Shown: positions 44,861-55,605 of the stretch, piece after piece | Position numbering within the stretch: position 1 is the first letter of the stretch | How the letters are laid out: every line of letters begins with the position of its first letter | Origin: Escherichia phage EPIMRB01 | Sequence record: PQ657784 | Direction: 5' to 3' (one strand) | DNA length: 64,000 nt | Made by a program: the position numbers and the translations under genes | The notes under the pieces: generated by a model | Database searches by the model: none | Seen by the model: only the letters and a program-made list of their open reading frames with translations | What the model was told of the DNA's origin: nothing

Positions 44861-45720
44861 TTACACCGCCATCTTTCCTTTAATTGGCGGGTGAGATACA
44901 TAGTTTTTAAGAACAAAATCATGTGGCTTTGCGAATTGACTCAACCAAAATACCTGCGATTCTGTGTTCCATTCATCAAATTCATCTGGAAATTTTAATT
45001 GTAATTCGCATAAATCCATAGGTTCACGACGCAAAATTTCTTTACATTGTTCTACGTGATTCATATAGATATGAGTATTACCACCAGAAAATATCAAATC
45101 TCCTGGAATAAGATTACACATCTTAGCTACAATATGAACTAACGTAGCATATGATGCAATATTAAATGGAAGACCGAGGAAAACATCTACCGAACGTTGA
45201 TACCACTGCAAATCCAAATAGCCATTACGCACATTAAACTGATAGAACATATGACAAGGTGGTAATGCCATATATTTAAGTTCAGCTGGATTCCATGCAG
45301 AAACAATTTGACGCCTATCATTTGGTAGTTTTTTAATACGATCAACAACTTCTATAATTTGGTCTACACCACCAAAATCGCGCCATTGTTTTCCATAAAT
45401 TGGACCAAGTTCACCACTATGGTATCCTAAATCTTTTGCTTGATTTTCGTAATTTTCATCCCAGACTGTTTTGCCTTGAATTAATGAATCATGTTGAATT
45501 AATCGCAAATCATTGACATTTGTGCTTCCCGATAAAAACCATATTAGCTCAGCAATGCAAGCTTTCCAGGCGAGCTTCTTAGTCGTTACTGCAGGAAAAC
45601 CTTTAGTTAAATCCCAGCGTAATTTAGTACCGAACAAAGCAATTGTTCCTGTGCCTGTTCGGTCATCGGTTTCATAGCCATTTTCCAGGATATCTTTAAT
45701 TAAAAATTGGTATTGTTTCA

Positions 45721-45721
<1 letters not shown>
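44861..45721 (-). CDS. td: Thymidylate synthase, uninterrupted (no group I intron)
   Basis: 286 aa from ATG 45721 (MKQYQ...; track starts at TTG 45733); active-site motif LPPCH; continuous ORF. Confidence 0.9.
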
Positions 45722-46511
<790 letters not shown>

Positions 46512-46754
46512 TCAAAACCCCCTTTCAATAAACCATTCAGTGGCTTTATTAGCATCAAAGAATAATTCTTCATATGTCTTTTCTTTGTTTTCAAAAACTG
46601 TCACACAAACACGTTGACATTCTCCACAGTATTCTTCTGACATACTCAAAGCGTCAGAAAACATTTCATTAAATTCATTTAAATCAGGATTATGCAATGC
46701 GTTAAAAATTGCATAATCGAATTCATCATTCATAAATTCAAATACAAAAATCAT
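46512..46754 (-). CDS. Hypothetical protein (frd.1 position)
   Basis: 80-aa ORF. Confidence 0.45.
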   Translation of the reverse strand: MIFVFEFMNDEFDYAIFNALHNPDLNEFNEMFSDALSMSEEYCGECQRVCVTVFENKEKTYEELFFDANKATEWFIERGF

Positions 46755-46762
46755 ATTATCTC

Positions 46763-47098
46763 CTAATATAAAGGATCGGGAACATATCCACTAGCTTTAA
46801 TCATTTTAATTAACGTTAACATTCCTTTATTAACTGCTCGTGAGATTTCATCAAAAACTTCATCACTAAAAAGTTCTAACACGCCCTTCTGAACTTTTAA
46901 TTTACAGCCAACAATTTCGTCATCGCCTATAGTAAATTCGTTTCCGCCAATTCCACCGAAAAACTTAATTGCACCAGTCAACTGTCTTCCACGAGAATAT
47001 GGGTCGTGTGATAAAGTAATATGAGTCACCCCAGGTACAGTTTTAAATTGGCAACGGATGTTTACTTGGGCAATTCCAGTTACGTGAATGTCAGACAT
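46763..47098 (-). CDS. Hypothetical protein (frd.2 position)
   Basis: 111-aa ORF. Confidence 0.45.
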   Translation of the reverse strand: MSDIHVTGIAQVNIRCQFKTVPGVTHITLSHDPYSRGRQLTGAIKFFGGIGGNEFTIGDDEIVGCKLKVQKGVLELFSDEVFDEISRAVNKGMLTLIKMIKASGYVPDPLY

Positions 47099-47108
47099 AA
47101 TATTTTCC

Positions 47109-47351
47109 TCAAACAGACTTTTTCACAATTTTCCAATCAGCTTTAAACTGATCGACGTCAGAATGGTAAATCCAGAATCCTGCGCTTTCTCCATCCTCAT
47201 AAAGAGGGCATCCATCGCATTCATCTTCCCATCCCATATCACGCAAAAGACGTTCAGCTTTTTCAACAAGTTCAGAATCTTTACCGATGATATTAAAATA
47301 CCATTTACCTCTAACTTCTGAATCTTTAATGCTCTGACGTTGTAATCTCAT
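47109..47351 (-). CDS. Hypothetical protein (frd.3 position); start at ATG 47351
   Basis: Track ORF begins at a TTG inside the promoter -35; internal ATG 47351 has AAGGAG SD, giving 80 aa. Confidence 0.45.
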   Translation of the reverse strand: MRLQRQSIKDSEVRGKWYFNIIGKDSELVEKAERLLRDMGWEDECDGCPLYEDGESAGFWIYHSDVDQFKADWKIVKKSV

Positions 47352-47372
47352 TTTATTCTCCTTAGTTAATAA

Positions 47373-47406
47373 GGCTATAGTATCACTACTATAGCCTGTT
47401 GTAAAC
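47373..47406 (-). promoter_or_regulatory. Early promoter with 10-bp inverted repeat (ggctatagta / tactatagcc)
   Basis: GTTTAC at 47401-47406 (minus sense); hairpin immediately downstream, including TACTAT -10. Confidence 0.55.
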
Positions 47407-47408
47407 AA

Positions 47409-47711
47409 TTATTTTTGAATTTTATCGAGCCACTTACCAAGCTTAATCATTTCTTTAGTAGCCTTTTCCATACTTCTGAACTTAACCAATAGAGGATAGG
47501 TATCGACACCCATAACTAAACTGGTTACAAGACTGTGTTCACCCACAAGCCATAACGAATACGTTTGAATATCGAGTCCGTAATTTCTGTCTTTATGGAC
47601 CCGTACACCCATCACTTCAAATTTCTCACTAGCTTTTTCTACCGCATCCAGGAAATCATCTTTAGTCATATTAGGCCTTAAAAGTTTTTCGCAAAAGTTC
47701 AATGATTTCAT
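47409..47711 (-). CDS. Hypothetical protein
   Basis: 100-aa ORF, ATG start. Confidence 0.4.
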   Translation of the reverse strand: MKSLNFCEKLLRPNMTKDDFLDAVEKASEKFEVMGVRVHKDRNYGLDIQTYSLWLVGEHSLVTSLVMGVDTYPLLVKFRSMEKATKEMIKLGKWLDKIQK

Positions 47712-48036
47712 CTACATTGTTTTCGTCAACAATGCAGTGAATTTTCGTTACGCCAGAAACCTTGTCTTTAACTTCATCTTCTTCAGAAGTTGGTTCTTTA
47801 TACTCACGAAAACAATGAAATTCATCTTCGCAGACGTTAAAGTAAAAATGCTTTCCATTTGCGCATTCAATGTGTTTTATTACTTTAAATCCGTCAGCAA
47901 AGAAAGATTCTTTAACTTCAAACCATCCGCCATTTTCTTGAATAATTTTAACTATTGATGAATTAGAACGTGGGCGATAACTAATAAATGTATCAATAAG
48001 TCTTGGAACAAGCTCATACTTTTTGCCATTATACAT
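47671..48036 (-). CDS. Hypothetical protein
   Basis: 121-aa ORF. Confidence 0.4.
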   Translation of the reverse strand: MYNGKKYELVPRLIDTFISYRPRSNSSIVKIIQENGGWFEVKESFFADGFKVIKHIECANGKHFYFNVCEDEFHCFREYKEPTSEEDEVKDKVSGVTKIHCIVDENNVDEIIELLRKTFKA

Positions 48037-48080
48037 TACGTTTTCCTCATTTTAATAGGGGCTATAAAGCCCCTTGATAA

Positions 48081-48329
48081 TTATTGTTCAATCAGTCCCA
48101 TGTAAAATTCTGCGTCTTCAGAATCCATACCATCACAATATTCATTAGCCATAAAACGAGTGAGGTCTTCAAGAGGACCTTCAATAACGATTTGAATACT
48201 CCAAAACTTAGAATCTTGTACGCTTGTGATACTAAGTTCAGGATAACGATTACGAATAACTTCTTCAATATATTCAAAATCAACGATGTCAATATCAACT
48301 TTAGCCATATTATTTTCCTCTTTAATCAT
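48081..48329 (-). CDS. Hypothetical acidic protein
   Basis: 82-aa ORF with hairpin-containing early promoter upstream and hairpin downstream. Confidence 0.45.
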   Translation of the reverse strand: MIKEENNMAKVDIDIVDFEYIEEVIRNRYPELSITSVQDSKFWSIQIVIEGPLEDLTRFMANEYCDGMDSEDAEFYMGLIEQ

Positions 48330-48344
48330 CAGCAGTATTGCCGA

Positions 48345-48381
48345 TAGTTGTATAGTACCACAGTCCTTGTGGTATGTAAAC
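48345..48381 (-). promoter_or_regulatory. Early promoter with spacer hairpin (accaca / tgtggt) upstream of ORF 48081-48329
   Basis: GTTTAC at 48376-48381 (minus sense), TACTAT -10. Confidence 0.5.
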
Positions 48382-48413
48382 CGTTTTGTGAAAAAATTTT
48401 TGAAATAAAAAAG

Positions 48414-48432
48414 GGGACCTCTAGGGTCCCCA
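48414..48432 (-). terminator. Hairpin downstream of gene 32
   Basis: ggggacc tcta gggtcccc with flanking A/T runs. Confidence 0.55.
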
Positions 48433-48453
48433 ATTAATTAGTAATATAATCTA

Positions 48454-49362
48454 TTAAAGGTCATTCAAAAGGTCATCCAGGTCCGTGTCATCAGCACTAG
48501 ATGAACTGCCAGAGCTTGAGCTCATAAAATCATCTTCAGTTTTTGTATTGAAGTCATCAACATTGAATGCATCCAAATCATCAGCAACTTTATCAGCTTT
48601 CTTAGCGGCAGTCGCTGCGGCACCACCCATAGCAGCAGTTCCCATAACTTGACTGAACTTAGTGCTCAGTTCTTCAAACGATTTGAATTTATCTTTAGAA
48701 GTCATTTCAGAAAGGTCAACCATTTGTTCAAACAGTTCTTTCTGGAAAGATTCATCATCAATGTTTGGAATCGCAGATTGATTCAGGAATTTAGATTCGT
48801 CGTAGTTACTAAAACCAGAAACTTGTTTAACTTTCAGTACAAAGTTAGCACCTTCCCACGGACAAGTTACATCAACCGGAGTTTCACCCATTTCAACATC
48901 AACTGCAATCATTGCATTGATTTTATCCCAGATTTTTTTACCGAAACGGTATTTAAATACTTTACCTTCATTTTCTGGAGCAGCTGGGTCTTTTACTACA
49001 AGAATGTTAGCCCAGTAAGAAGTTTTACGTTTAACAAGACCATATTCTTTATTGTCAGTGTTGTACAAATCATTTTTACTGATGTACTGACATACTGGAC
49101 AGGAATCGTAATCACCGTGGGTAGATGAACAGTTTTCAATATACCATTTACCATTTTTCTTGAAACCGTGATTTACAAGAATTGCGAATGGTGCTTGTTC
49201 ATCATTTTTAGACGGAAGAAAACGAATTACTGCTTGACCGTTACCCGCATTATCGAGTTTCAGTTTCCACTCGCCTTTATCTTCAGAAGAAAAACCACCT
49301 TTATTTCCAGCCAGTTTAGCCATTTGTGCAGCGAGTTCAGCAGTAGATTTACGTTTAAACAT
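48454..49362 (-). CDS. 32: Single-stranded DNA-binding protein gp32
   Basis: 302 aa; zinc site H-x12-C-x9-C-x2-C ([10 protein letters not shown]); Ser/Asp-rich acidic C-terminus; recognisable T4 gp32. Confidence 0.95.
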   Translation of the reverse strand: MFKRKSTAELAAQMAKLAGNKGGFSSEDKGEWKLKLDNAGNGQAVIRFLPSKNDEQAPFAILVNHGFKKNGKWYIENCSSTHGDYDSCPVCQYISKNDLYNTDNKEYGLVKRKTSYWANILVVKDPAAPENEGKVFKYRFGKKIWDKINAMIAVDVEMGETPVDVTCPWEGANFVLKVKQVSGFSNYDESKFLNQSAIPNIDDESFQKELFEQMVDLSEMTSKDKFKSFEELSTKFSQVMGTAAMGGAAATAAKKADKVADDLDAFNVDDFNTKTEDDFMSSSSGSSSSADDTDLDDLLNDL

Positions 49363-49364
49363 TT

Positions 49365-49445
49365 TTATTTCCTTTTTAATTTAATTAACAGTTGGTGCTA
49401 TGACGATGTATGACCTCATAGCTGGTCAGTGAGATAATTATAATC
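49365..49445 (-). promoter_or_regulatory. Gene 32 leader: late promoter plus autoregulatory translational operator with pseudoknot-like element
   Basis: mRNA-sense sequence ...TATAAATAG...UGACCAGCUAUGAGGUCAUACAUCGUCAUAGCAC... then A/U-rich tract before ATG; matches my recollection of the T4 gene 32 operator. Confidence 0.55.
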
Positions 49446-49461
49446 TATTTATAATAAGCAA

Positions 49462-50115
49462 TTAATACTTGCAAGATTTCACAGTTTCAATAAAAACACT
49501 TTTAGCTTTCTGTGAATCAATATTTAAAATTTTTCTATAAGCCTTTAACTTTATAGAATAATTATTCCAGACTAAATTATCAGTCTGTTCATCATGTTTA
49601 TCGATTATATTTAAAAACGAATCAAGCAAGATAAACGTCTCAAACGAAATTATATTCGATTGAAGTAGTTTAAAAATATAACTTGATTGAACTTTTGGAT
49701 TATACTCAAAGATTTCTTTAAAAGCAGAAACTTCAACTTTTTTACTAAAATAATAAATGTTGCGAATATCTTCTTCAAACTTAAATTTAATTTGCTTTAA
49801 GCGTCCGATATATTCACGATAAAACACAAGTGCATCAGCGTCAGAGATGTCACCAATCCAAGCATCTTGGTTAGCAACAAGATTGCTTATAAAGATTAAA
49901 GCAAGTTCCTTTAATTTATATTTTTCTGATAACTTCTGGAAAAAATACTTATCCCTTCGCTTTTGATAAGCGGCATCAGACACCCGCATGCACCAATTAT
50001 ACTTAATTACATCATACTTTCCATTCATATGTTGTTTTATCATTAAGTATAATTTATAAACTGATTTACCATCAATGTATCTTTCACCACCAGCAGGCAT
50101 GCGGAGTTTAATCAT
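49462..50115 (-). CDS. 59: Helicase loader gp59
   Basis: 217 aa, T4 length and position between 32 and 33. Confidence 0.85.
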   Translation of the reverse strand: MIKLRMPAGGERYIDGKSVYKLYLMIKQHMNGKYDVIKYNWCMRVSDAAYQKRRDKYFFQKLSEKYKLKELALIFISNLVANQDAWIGDISDADALVFYREYIGRLKQIKFKFEEDIRNIYYFSKKVEVSAFKEIFEYNPKVQSSYIFKLLQSNIISFETFILLDSFLNIIDKHDEQTDNLVWNNYSIKLKAYRKILNIDSQKAKSVFIETVKSCKY

Positions 50116-50450
50116 AGTAGAAAATCTAATGTATTAGTTTTTTCACAACGAATAACAGAAGGACGTAAAAGATTTTCGTCAATAGCTTCTGACTGAATTT
50201 TTTCAATTATACCCGAAGGAATAAATTTAGCAAATTGAGTTTCAGGAATAGAATTTTCTTCCAAGAATGCTGTTGTAGCTTCAAGATAACTCATTCCAAA
50301 CTCTTCTACCATTTTTTCAATAATAAATCCATTTTCTTGACGGTCAAGAAGCTTTGCTATTTCATCCTTTTCTTTTTTAATTGAAAGTTCTTTTTCTGAA
50401 AGACCGGTCTCATCGACCGGACGAATATCATTTAGAGAAAACTGTGTCAT
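50112..50450 (-). CDS. 33: Late transcription co-activator gp33
   Basis: 112 aa from ATG 50450 (MTQFSLNDIRP...). Confidence 0.85.
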   Translation of the reverse strand: MTQFSLNDIRPVDETGLSEKELSIKKEKDEIAKLLDRQENGFIIEKMVEEFGMSYLEATTAFLEENSIPETQFAKFIPSGIIEKIQSEAIDENLLRPSVIRCEKTNTLDFLL

Positions 50451-50697
50451 AAAGTTCAACTACCTCTTCGGTTTCAGCTTCAAACACATCACGGTTATCT
50501 TTATGATACAAAGCTAACAGACGATTAAACATCTTTCCATCAACGCCAAGTTCATCTTTGGCGCGAATTCGAATATCTTTAATCAATTCATTATAACCGG
50601 AAATTTTCAGTTTATGATCAGATGCTTCTTTAATAAATTTAGCCAAGTCTTCACCATGGATAGCTTCATCAAATTCAACCATTTCTTTTTTAGCCAT
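50428..50697 (-). CDS. dsbA: dsDNA-binding protein DsbA
   Basis: 89 aa, T4 position between rnh and 33. Confidence 0.8.
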   Translation of the reverse strand: MAKKEMVEFDEAIHGEDLAKFIKEASDHKLKISGYNELIKDIRIRAKDELGVDGKMFNRLLALYHKDNRDVFEAETEEVVELYDTVFSK

Positions 50698-50705
50698 TAT
50701 TCACC

Positions 50706-51623
50706 TCAAAATTCATTAATGCTATTAGTTAATTTAGAAAGACCCGCTTTTACAAAATATGAATAAATTTTGCCACGCGGTGGTAATTTATATGAATTAT
50801 AGTAATTCACAATGTTTGAAGCAATATTATCAGGAATATAATCAAAATCAATTAGAACTAAATTTTCTTTATAACGATTATATTCAGATTCTGTGAGAAG
50901 CACCTTAGCTTGCTCACGGTCATTAGCAATGGCTTCAACGATTGAAGTTTTCATTGAAGGAGTTCGTTCACCTTCAACTTTGGTAAACCAAAAGTCAGAT
51001 CGCACTTTAACTGAAGCAACGTTATCCTTTTTGTCGCCTTTAAGGATTTTAGTCATACAGTCAATTTCAGCAGAACCGCTTTTAATTTTAACCCATTTCT
51101 TGTGCATCGGTGACCATTGCTTAACATTTGGGTATTTGTGAAGTTGAGTAAAGTCACCATCCGATGAAATGATTAAAATCTTATGCCCTTCTAAAGAGAA
51201 CTTTTTAACAAGAACAGCAATATGGTCATCTGCTTCATACTTATCAATATCCATAACGATGTATGGCATATAAGCTTTCAATTCATCTATAACTTTATGA
51301 CTGGATTCAAAATAACCTTCCCAGTCCCAAGTAGATTCTTCTCGTGCTTTTCCACGGTTTTTCTTATAATAATAAGCGAAATCACGACGCCAGTATCCAG
51401 ATTTCGCATTATCAATACACAGTACAATTTTAGTGTATCCAAGAGCTTTTGCTTTTTTGACATTAAACTTAATTGAGTTCAATATCAAATGACGAACCAT
51501 TGATAAATTAATTTTTTCTTTATCTGGGAAGTTTACTAGAGCAGTCGAAAGTGCAATTTGACTAAAGTCAATTAAGCAGATTCCTTCTTTGTAATCTTCA
51601 TCCAGCATCATTTCTAAATCCAT
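50706..51623 (-). CDS. rnh: RNase H (5'-3' exonuclease, FEN family)
   Basis: 305 aa from ATG 51623 (MDLEMMLDEDYKEG...); track extends 5 codons upstream. Confidence 0.85.
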   Translation of the reverse strand: MDLEMMLDEDYKEGICLIDFSQIALSTALVNFPDKEKINLSMVRHLILNSIKFNVKKAKALGYTKIVLCIDNAKSGYWRRDFAYYYKKNRGKAREESTWDWEGYFESSHKVIDELKAYMPYIVMDIDKYEADDHIAVLVKKFSLEGHKILIISSDGDFTQLHKYPNVKQWSPMHKKWVKIKSGSAEIDCMTKILKGDKKDNVASVKVRSDFWFTKVEGERTPSMKTSIVEAIANDREQAKVLLTESEYNRYKENLVLIDFDYIPDNIASNIVNYYNSYKLPPRGKIYSYFVKAGLSKLTNSINEF

Positions 51624-51639
51624 ATGAACCTCGTTCAAT

Positions 51640-51682
51640 TAGTGAGATTTCTATTATATACTATCCAAATCTTAAAGTAAAC
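51640..51682 (-). promoter_or_regulatory. Early promoter upstream of rnh
   Basis: Minus-strand GTTTAC, 18-nt spacer, TATAAT in rnh-gene 34 intergenic region. Confidence 0.5.
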
Positions 51683-51685
51683 AAG

Positions 51686-51693
51686 TATAAATA
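51686..51693 (+). promoter_or_regulatory. Late promoter motif upstream of gene 34
   Basis: Exact TATAAATA 35 bp upstream of ATG. Confidence 0.6.
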
Positions 51694-51727
51694 CTTATTA
51701 TTGAAAACACAATAGGAGCCCGGGAGA

Positions 51728-54700
51728 ATGGCCGAGATTAAAAGAAAGTTCAGAGCAGAAGATGGTCTGGACGCAGGTGGCGATAAAATAATCAACGTAG
51801 CTTTAGCTGATCGTGCCGTAGGAACTGACGGTGTTAACGTTGATTACCTAATTCAAGAAAACACAGTTCAACAATATGATCCAACTCGTGGATATTTAAA
51901 AGATTTTGTAATCATTTATGATAACCGCTTTTGGGCTGCTATAAATGATATTCCAAAACCAGCAGGAGCTTTTAATAGTGTACGCTGGAGAGCATTACGT
52001 ACTGATGCTAATTGGACAACTGTTTCATCAGGACCTTATCAATTAAAGTCAGGCGAATCAATTTCAGTTGATACTGCAGCTGGTAATGACATTACATTTA
52101 CTTTGCCATCTTCTCCAATTGATGGAGATACTATCGTTCTTCAAGATATTGGTGGAAAACCTGGTGTTAACCAAGTTTTAATTGTAGCTCCAGTGCAAAG
52201 TATTGTAAACTTCAGAGGCGAACAAGTACGTTCAGTACTAATGACTCATCCAAAATCGCAGATAGTTTTAATTTTTAGTAATCGTCTGTGGCAAATGTAT
52301 GTTGCTGATTATAGCAGAGAAGCTGTAGTCGTAACACCGGCAAGTCTTTATCAGGCGCAATCTAACGATTTTATCGTGCGCAGATTTACTTCAGCCGCGG
52401 CGATTAATATTAAACTTCCGAGATTTGCTAATCATGGCGATATTATTAATTTCGTCGATTTAGACAAATTAAATCCACTTTATCATACAATTGTTACTAC
52501 ATACGATGAAACAACTTCAGTGCAAGAAGTTGGAACTCATTCCATTGAAGGCCGTACATCGATTGATGGTTTCTTGATGTATGATGATAATGAAAAATTG
52601 TGGAGATTGTTTGACGGGGATAGTAAAGCACGTTTACGTATTATAACAACTAATTCTAGTATTCGTCCAAATGAAGAAGTTATGGTATTTGGAGCGAATA
52701 ACGGAACAACCCAAACAATTGAACTTCAGCTTCCGACCGATATTTCCATTGGCGATACTGTTAAAATTTCCATGAATTACATGAGAAAAGGCCAAACAGT
52801 TAAAATCAAAGCTGCCGGTGAAGATAAAATTGCTTCTTCAGTTCAATTGCTGCAATTCCCAAAACGTTCAGAATATCCGCCTGAAGCTGAATGGGTGACT
52901 GTTCAAGAATTAGTTTTTAATGGTGAAACTAATTATGTTCCAGTTTTACAACTTGCTTATATAGAAGATTCTGACGGAAAATACTGGGTTGTACAGCAAA
53001 ACGTGCCAACAGTTGAAAGAGTTGATTCTTTAAATGATTCTACTAGAGCAAGATTAGGCGTAATTGCTTTAGCTACACAAGCTCAAGCTAACGTCGATTT
53101 AGAAAATTCTCCACAAAAAGAATTAGCAATTACTCCAGAAACATTAGCTAACCGTACTGCTACAGAAACTCGTAGAGGTATCGCAAGAATAGCAACTACC
53201 GCCCAAGTGAATCAGGATACTACATTCTCTTTTGCTGATGATATTATCATCACTCCTAAAAAGTTGAATGAAAGAACTGCTACAGAAACTCGTAGAGGTG
53301 TTGCTGAAATTGCTACGCAACAAGAAACTAATACAGGTACTGATGATACTACAATCATCACTCCTAAAAAGCTTCAAGCTCGACAAGGTTCTGAGTCATT
53401 ATCTGGTATTGTAACCTTTGTATCTACTGCAGGAGCTACTCCAGCTTCTAGTCGTGAATTAAATGGTACAAACGTTTATAATAAAAACACTAATAATTTA
53501 GTTGTTTCGCCTAAAGCTTTGGATCAGTATAAAGCTACTCCAACGCAACAAGGTGCAGTAATTCTAGCAGTCGAAAGTGAAGTAATTGCTGGACAAAGCC
53601 AAGAAGGATGGGCAAATGCGGTTGTAACGCCAGAAACGTTACATAAAAAGACATCAACTGATGGAAGAATTGGTTTAATTGAAATTGCTACGCAAAGTGA
53701 AGTTAATACAGGAACTGATTATACACGTGCAGTCACTCCTAAAACTTTAAATGACCGTAGAGCAACTGAAAGTTTAAGTGGTATAGCTGAAATTGCTACA
53801 CAAGTTGAATTCGACGCAGGCGTCGACGATACTCGTATCTCTACACCATTAAAAATTAAAACTAGATTTAATAGTACTGATCGTACTTCTGTTGTTGCTC
53901 TATCTGGATTAGTTGAATCAGGAACTCTCTGGGACCATTATACCCTTAATATTCTTGAAGCAAATGAGACACAGCGTGGTACACTTCGTGTAGCTACACA
54001 GGTCGAAGCTGCTGCAGGAACATTAGATAATGTTTTAATAACTCCTAAAAAGCTTTTAGGTACTAAATCTACTGAAGCGCAAGAAGGTGTTATTAAAGTT
54101 GCAACTCAGTCTGAAACTGTGACTGGAACGTCGGCAAATACTGCTGTATCTCCAAAAAATTTAAAATGGATTGTGCAGAGTGAACCTACTTGGGCAGCTA
54201 CTACTGCGATAAGGGGCTTTGTTAAAACTTCATCTGGTTCAATTACATTCGTTGGTAATGATACAGTAGGTTCTACCCAAGATTTAGAACTGTATGAGAA
54301 AAATAGTTATGCAGTATCACCATATGAATTAAATCGTGTATTAGCAAATTATCTGCCGTTAAAAGCAAAAGCTGTAGATAGTAATTTATTGGATGGTCTA
54401 GATTCATCTCAGTTCATTCGTAGGGATATTGCACAGACGGTTAATGGTTCACTAACCTTAACCCAACAAACGAATCTGAGTGCCCCTCTTGTATCATCTA
54501 GTACTGCTACGTTCGGTGGTTCAGTTACAGCAAATAGTGTACTAACTATTTCTAATACTGGAACAGAAACTCATCTGATTTTTGAGAAAGGACCTCAAAC
54601 TGGAACTAACCAAGCACAGACGGTGACTATTAGAGTGTGGGGTAATCAATTTAGTGGGGAATCAAACACAACACGTTCTACCGTATTTGAAGTTAGTGAT

Positions 54701-55597
54701 GAAACATCTTATCACTTTTATTCTCAACGCGATAAAGATGGTAATATAGCATTTAGCATTAATGGTACTGTAATGCCAATAAATGTGAATGCTTTAGGAA
54801 CATTGAATGCAAATGGTGTAGCAACATTTGGTAATTCAGTCACTGCAAGTGGTGAAATTATTTCTCGAAGCGCAAATGCTTTCCGTGCTATTAACGGAAA
54901 TTATGGTTTTATTGTTCGCAATGACGGGTCAGTAACGAATTTTATGCTTACTGCATCGGGCGATCAGACTGGTGGATTTAATGGATTACGTCCATTAACT
55001 ATTAATAATGCATCTGGTCAAGTAACGATTGGTGAAAGCTTAATCATTGCCAAAGGTGCTACTATAAATTCAGGCGGTTTGACTGTTAACTCGAGAATTC
55101 GTTCTCAGGGTACTAAAACATCTGATTTATATACCCGCGCACCAACATCTGATACTGTAGGATTCTGGTCAATCGATATTAACGATTCAGCCACTTATAA
55201 CCAGTTCCCGGGTTATTTTAAAATGGTTGAAAAAACTAATGAAGTGACTGGACTTCCATACTTAGAACGTGGCGAAGAAGTTAAATCTCCTGGTACACTG
55301 ACTCAGTTTGGTAACACACTTGATTCGCTTTACCAAGATTGGATTACTTATCCAATAACACCAGAAGCGCGTACCACTCGTTGGACGCGTACATGGCAGA
55401 AAACCAAAAACTCTTGGTCAAGCTTTGTTCAGGTATTTGATGGAGGTAACCCTCCTCAGCCATCTGATATCGGTGCTTTACCATCTGATAATGCTATAAT
55501 GGGGAATCTTACTATTCGTGATTTCTTACGAATTGGTAATGTTCGCATTATTCCTGACCCAGTGAATAAAACGGTTAAATTTGAATGGGTTGAATAA
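51728..55597 (+). CDS. 34: Long tail fibre proximal subunit gp34
   Basis: 1289 aa, T4 gp34 length; internal repeated TPKxL / ATETRRG motifs; late promoter upstream. Confidence 0.9.
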   Translation: MAEIKRKFRAEDGLDAGGDKIINVALADRAVGTDGVNVDYLIQENTVQQYDPTRGYLKDFVIIYDNRFWAAINDIPKPAGAFNSVRWRALRTDANWTTVSSGPYQLKSGESISVDTAAGNDITFTLPSSPIDGDTIVLQDIGGKPGVNQVLIVAPVQSIVNFRGEQVRSVLMTHPKSQIVLIFSNRLWQMYVADYSREAVVVTPASLYQAQSNDFIVRRFTSAAAINIKLPRFANHGDIINFVDLDKLNPLYHTIVTTYDETTSVQEVGTHSIEGRTSIDGFLMYDDNEKLWRLFDGDSKARLRIITTNSSIRPNEEVMVFGANNGTTQTIELQLPTDISIGDTVKISMNYMRKGQTVKIKAAGEDKIASSVQLLQFPKRSEYPPEAEWVTVQELVFNGETNYVPVLQLAYIEDSDGKYWVVQQNVPTVERVDSLNDSTRARLGVIALATQAQANVDLENSPQKELAITPETLANRTATETRRGIARIATTAQVNQDTTFSFADDIIITPKKLNERTATETRRGVAEIATQQETNTGTDDTTIITPKKLQARQGSESLSGIVTFVSTAGATPASSRELNGTNVYNKNTNNLVVSPKALDQYKATPTQQGAVILAVESEVIAGQSQEGWANAVVTPETLHKKTSTDGRIGLIEIATQSEVNTGTDYTRAVTPKTLNDRRATESLSGIAEIATQVEFDAGVDDTRISTPLKIKTRFNSTDRTSVVALSGLVESGTLWDHYTLNILEANETQRGTLRVATQVEAAAGTLDNVLITPKKLLGTKSTEAQEGVIKVATQSETVTGTSANTAVSPKNLKWIVQSEPTWAATTAIRGFVKTSSGSITFVGNDTVGSTQDLELYEKNSYAVSPYELNRVLANYLPLKAKAVDSNLLDGLDSSQFIRRDIAQTVNGSLTLTQQTNLSAPLVSSSTATFGGSVTANSVLTISNTGTETHLIFEKGPQTGTNQAQTVTIRVWGNQFSGESNTTRSTVFEVSDETSYHFYSQRDKDGNIAFSINGTVMPINVNALGTLNANGVATFGNSVTASGEIISRSANAFRAINGNYGFIVRNDGSVTNFMLTASGDQTGGFNGLRPLTINNASGQVTIGESLIIAKGATINSGGLTVNSRIRSQGTKTSDLYTRAPTSDTVGFWSIDINDSATYNQFPGYFKMVEKTNEVTGLPYLERGEEVKSPGTLTQFGNTLDSLYQDWITYPITPEARTTRWTRTWQKTKNSWSSFVQVFDGGNPPQPSDIGALPSDNAIMGNLTIRDFLRIGNVRIIPDPVNKTVKFEWVE

Positions 55598-55605
55598 GAG
55601 GTATT

